64,000 nucleotides of DNA from Mytilus edulis. Lineage: Eukaryota. Shown here piece by piece: positions 62,851 through 64,000 of the stretch. The notes beneath the pieces were generated by a model that searched no databases, was not told the origin of the DNA, and worked only from the letters and a program-made list of their open reading frames with translations. Within the stretch, counting starts at the first letter, position 1; every line of letters starts with the position of its first letter. The position numbers and the translations under genes were made by a program. The stretch is from assembly GCF_963676685.1 (NCBI RefSeq), contig NC_092350.1, positions 38,626,001 through 38,690,000 of the forward strand. Direction: 5' to 3'.

Positions 62851-64000
62851 ACGAAACATCACCTCATGACAAAACCGAACATAGGCCCATGGCCTCGTCC
62901 GATATTGTCATCAGACGAGGAACTATATATGACAGTGTGTGAGCATGATGTTTTCTTTCTTTGCTCAGTGCTCGAAACATAAAATCCGACATTTTGATTG
63001 GTTAATTTTGGAGTATGAGTACAAAAAAAAAATAGAAAGTTATATGATTTCCATGCCTGGTATGGAATGTACAAATACTAATATATTAGAATCGCCTATG
63101 ATGTCCAAATACAAAATAAAAGATATAATAATAAGATTGTTTACTAAGTAAATTAATCTTTTAGATCGATTTTGAATACAAATAAAAAAGCATGCATTTA
63201 TAAAACGTCAAACCCCCTAAAAACACGTTTACAAAATAACTTATAAACCAGAAGTATTTCTTTTATCTATTTTTCTTGGCTCCAATACATATGGTAAAAT
63301 TGAAGAGCCTAGAGACTGTGGTACAATAGAGGGAAAAGTTTAGATAGCCAAAAAAAGACTATTACAGCTTGCGGTAATGCAGTTATTATTGCGTTGAAAG
63401 ATTCTTGAATTGATAACAAACACTGAACTGTCATATATTATATTGTTTAAAAAGGTTGCACATTTGTACATTTCACTTACTTTATAATAAAAGTTCATAT
63501 TCAAACACTGGATAAACAAGAAATCTGTTGCAAAGTAATCGTGGATATCTGATGGTTTTGTCATCAATAAAAACAAAAGGTAAATAAGATGCATCAAAGG
63601 TCTTTGCAGGTTGTAACTTTTTTCCTTTACCATGTGCATATGTTAAACGAATAATTAGCTTAATGTTACGAAGTACAAAAGACAACAGTCGTTTAATTCA
63701 TTGTATTTAATCAATGGAAATTTGTAACGATTAAATTCAGTGTGTAAAATTACAACGATTTATCACGGTCTTATTAAACTACTTTGAAAAGTTAAATCAG
63801 CTTAGATATGGCATCTGTGAACAGAGTGACTTTTAAGGTAAGAATAATTTAATTATCGGTATATTTTATATCCTTCCCACAAAATTTATGAATTCCTCAT
63901 TAGATACAGTTAGCTCCATAAGAAATGGTAATGAGGTTTGATACTATATATATATATAGCTAGTAAGAAGTCAATGTAAAGTTATCAGTCATACATGTAC

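Overview
AT-rich eukaryotic genomic DNA with spliceosomal introns. The repeat landscape (Helentron-type non-autonomous elements carrying internal satellites, G/C-rich MITEs, a Penelope-like RT relic) suggests a bivalve mollusc, probably Mytilus-like; this is an inference. Six genes can be reconstructed by hand with GT-AG, phase-consistent exons. (1) A two-LIM CRP/muscle LIM protein (-, 1511-7288, 184 aa). (2) An intronless 577-aa secreted block-like protein (+, 11501-13234). (3) A two-exon, 236-aa Cys-rich secreted protein (-, 22222-24127). (4) A four-exon, 543-aa signal-peptide + thioredoxin-like + JmjC/Cupin_8 oxygenase (-, 28367-38643). (5,6) Two tandem paralogs built from a duplicated 6-Cys/His-rich module plus Asn/Gln/Arg/His-rich tails (+, 41961-46449 and 51911-53443); no leader exon could be found for the second. 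The most interesting hypothesis is a cluster of lineage-restricted secreted structural-type proteins surrounding a secretory-pathway 2OG/Fe(II) hydroxylase. The rest is transposon-derived or ordinary non-coding DNA. No database searches were possible.
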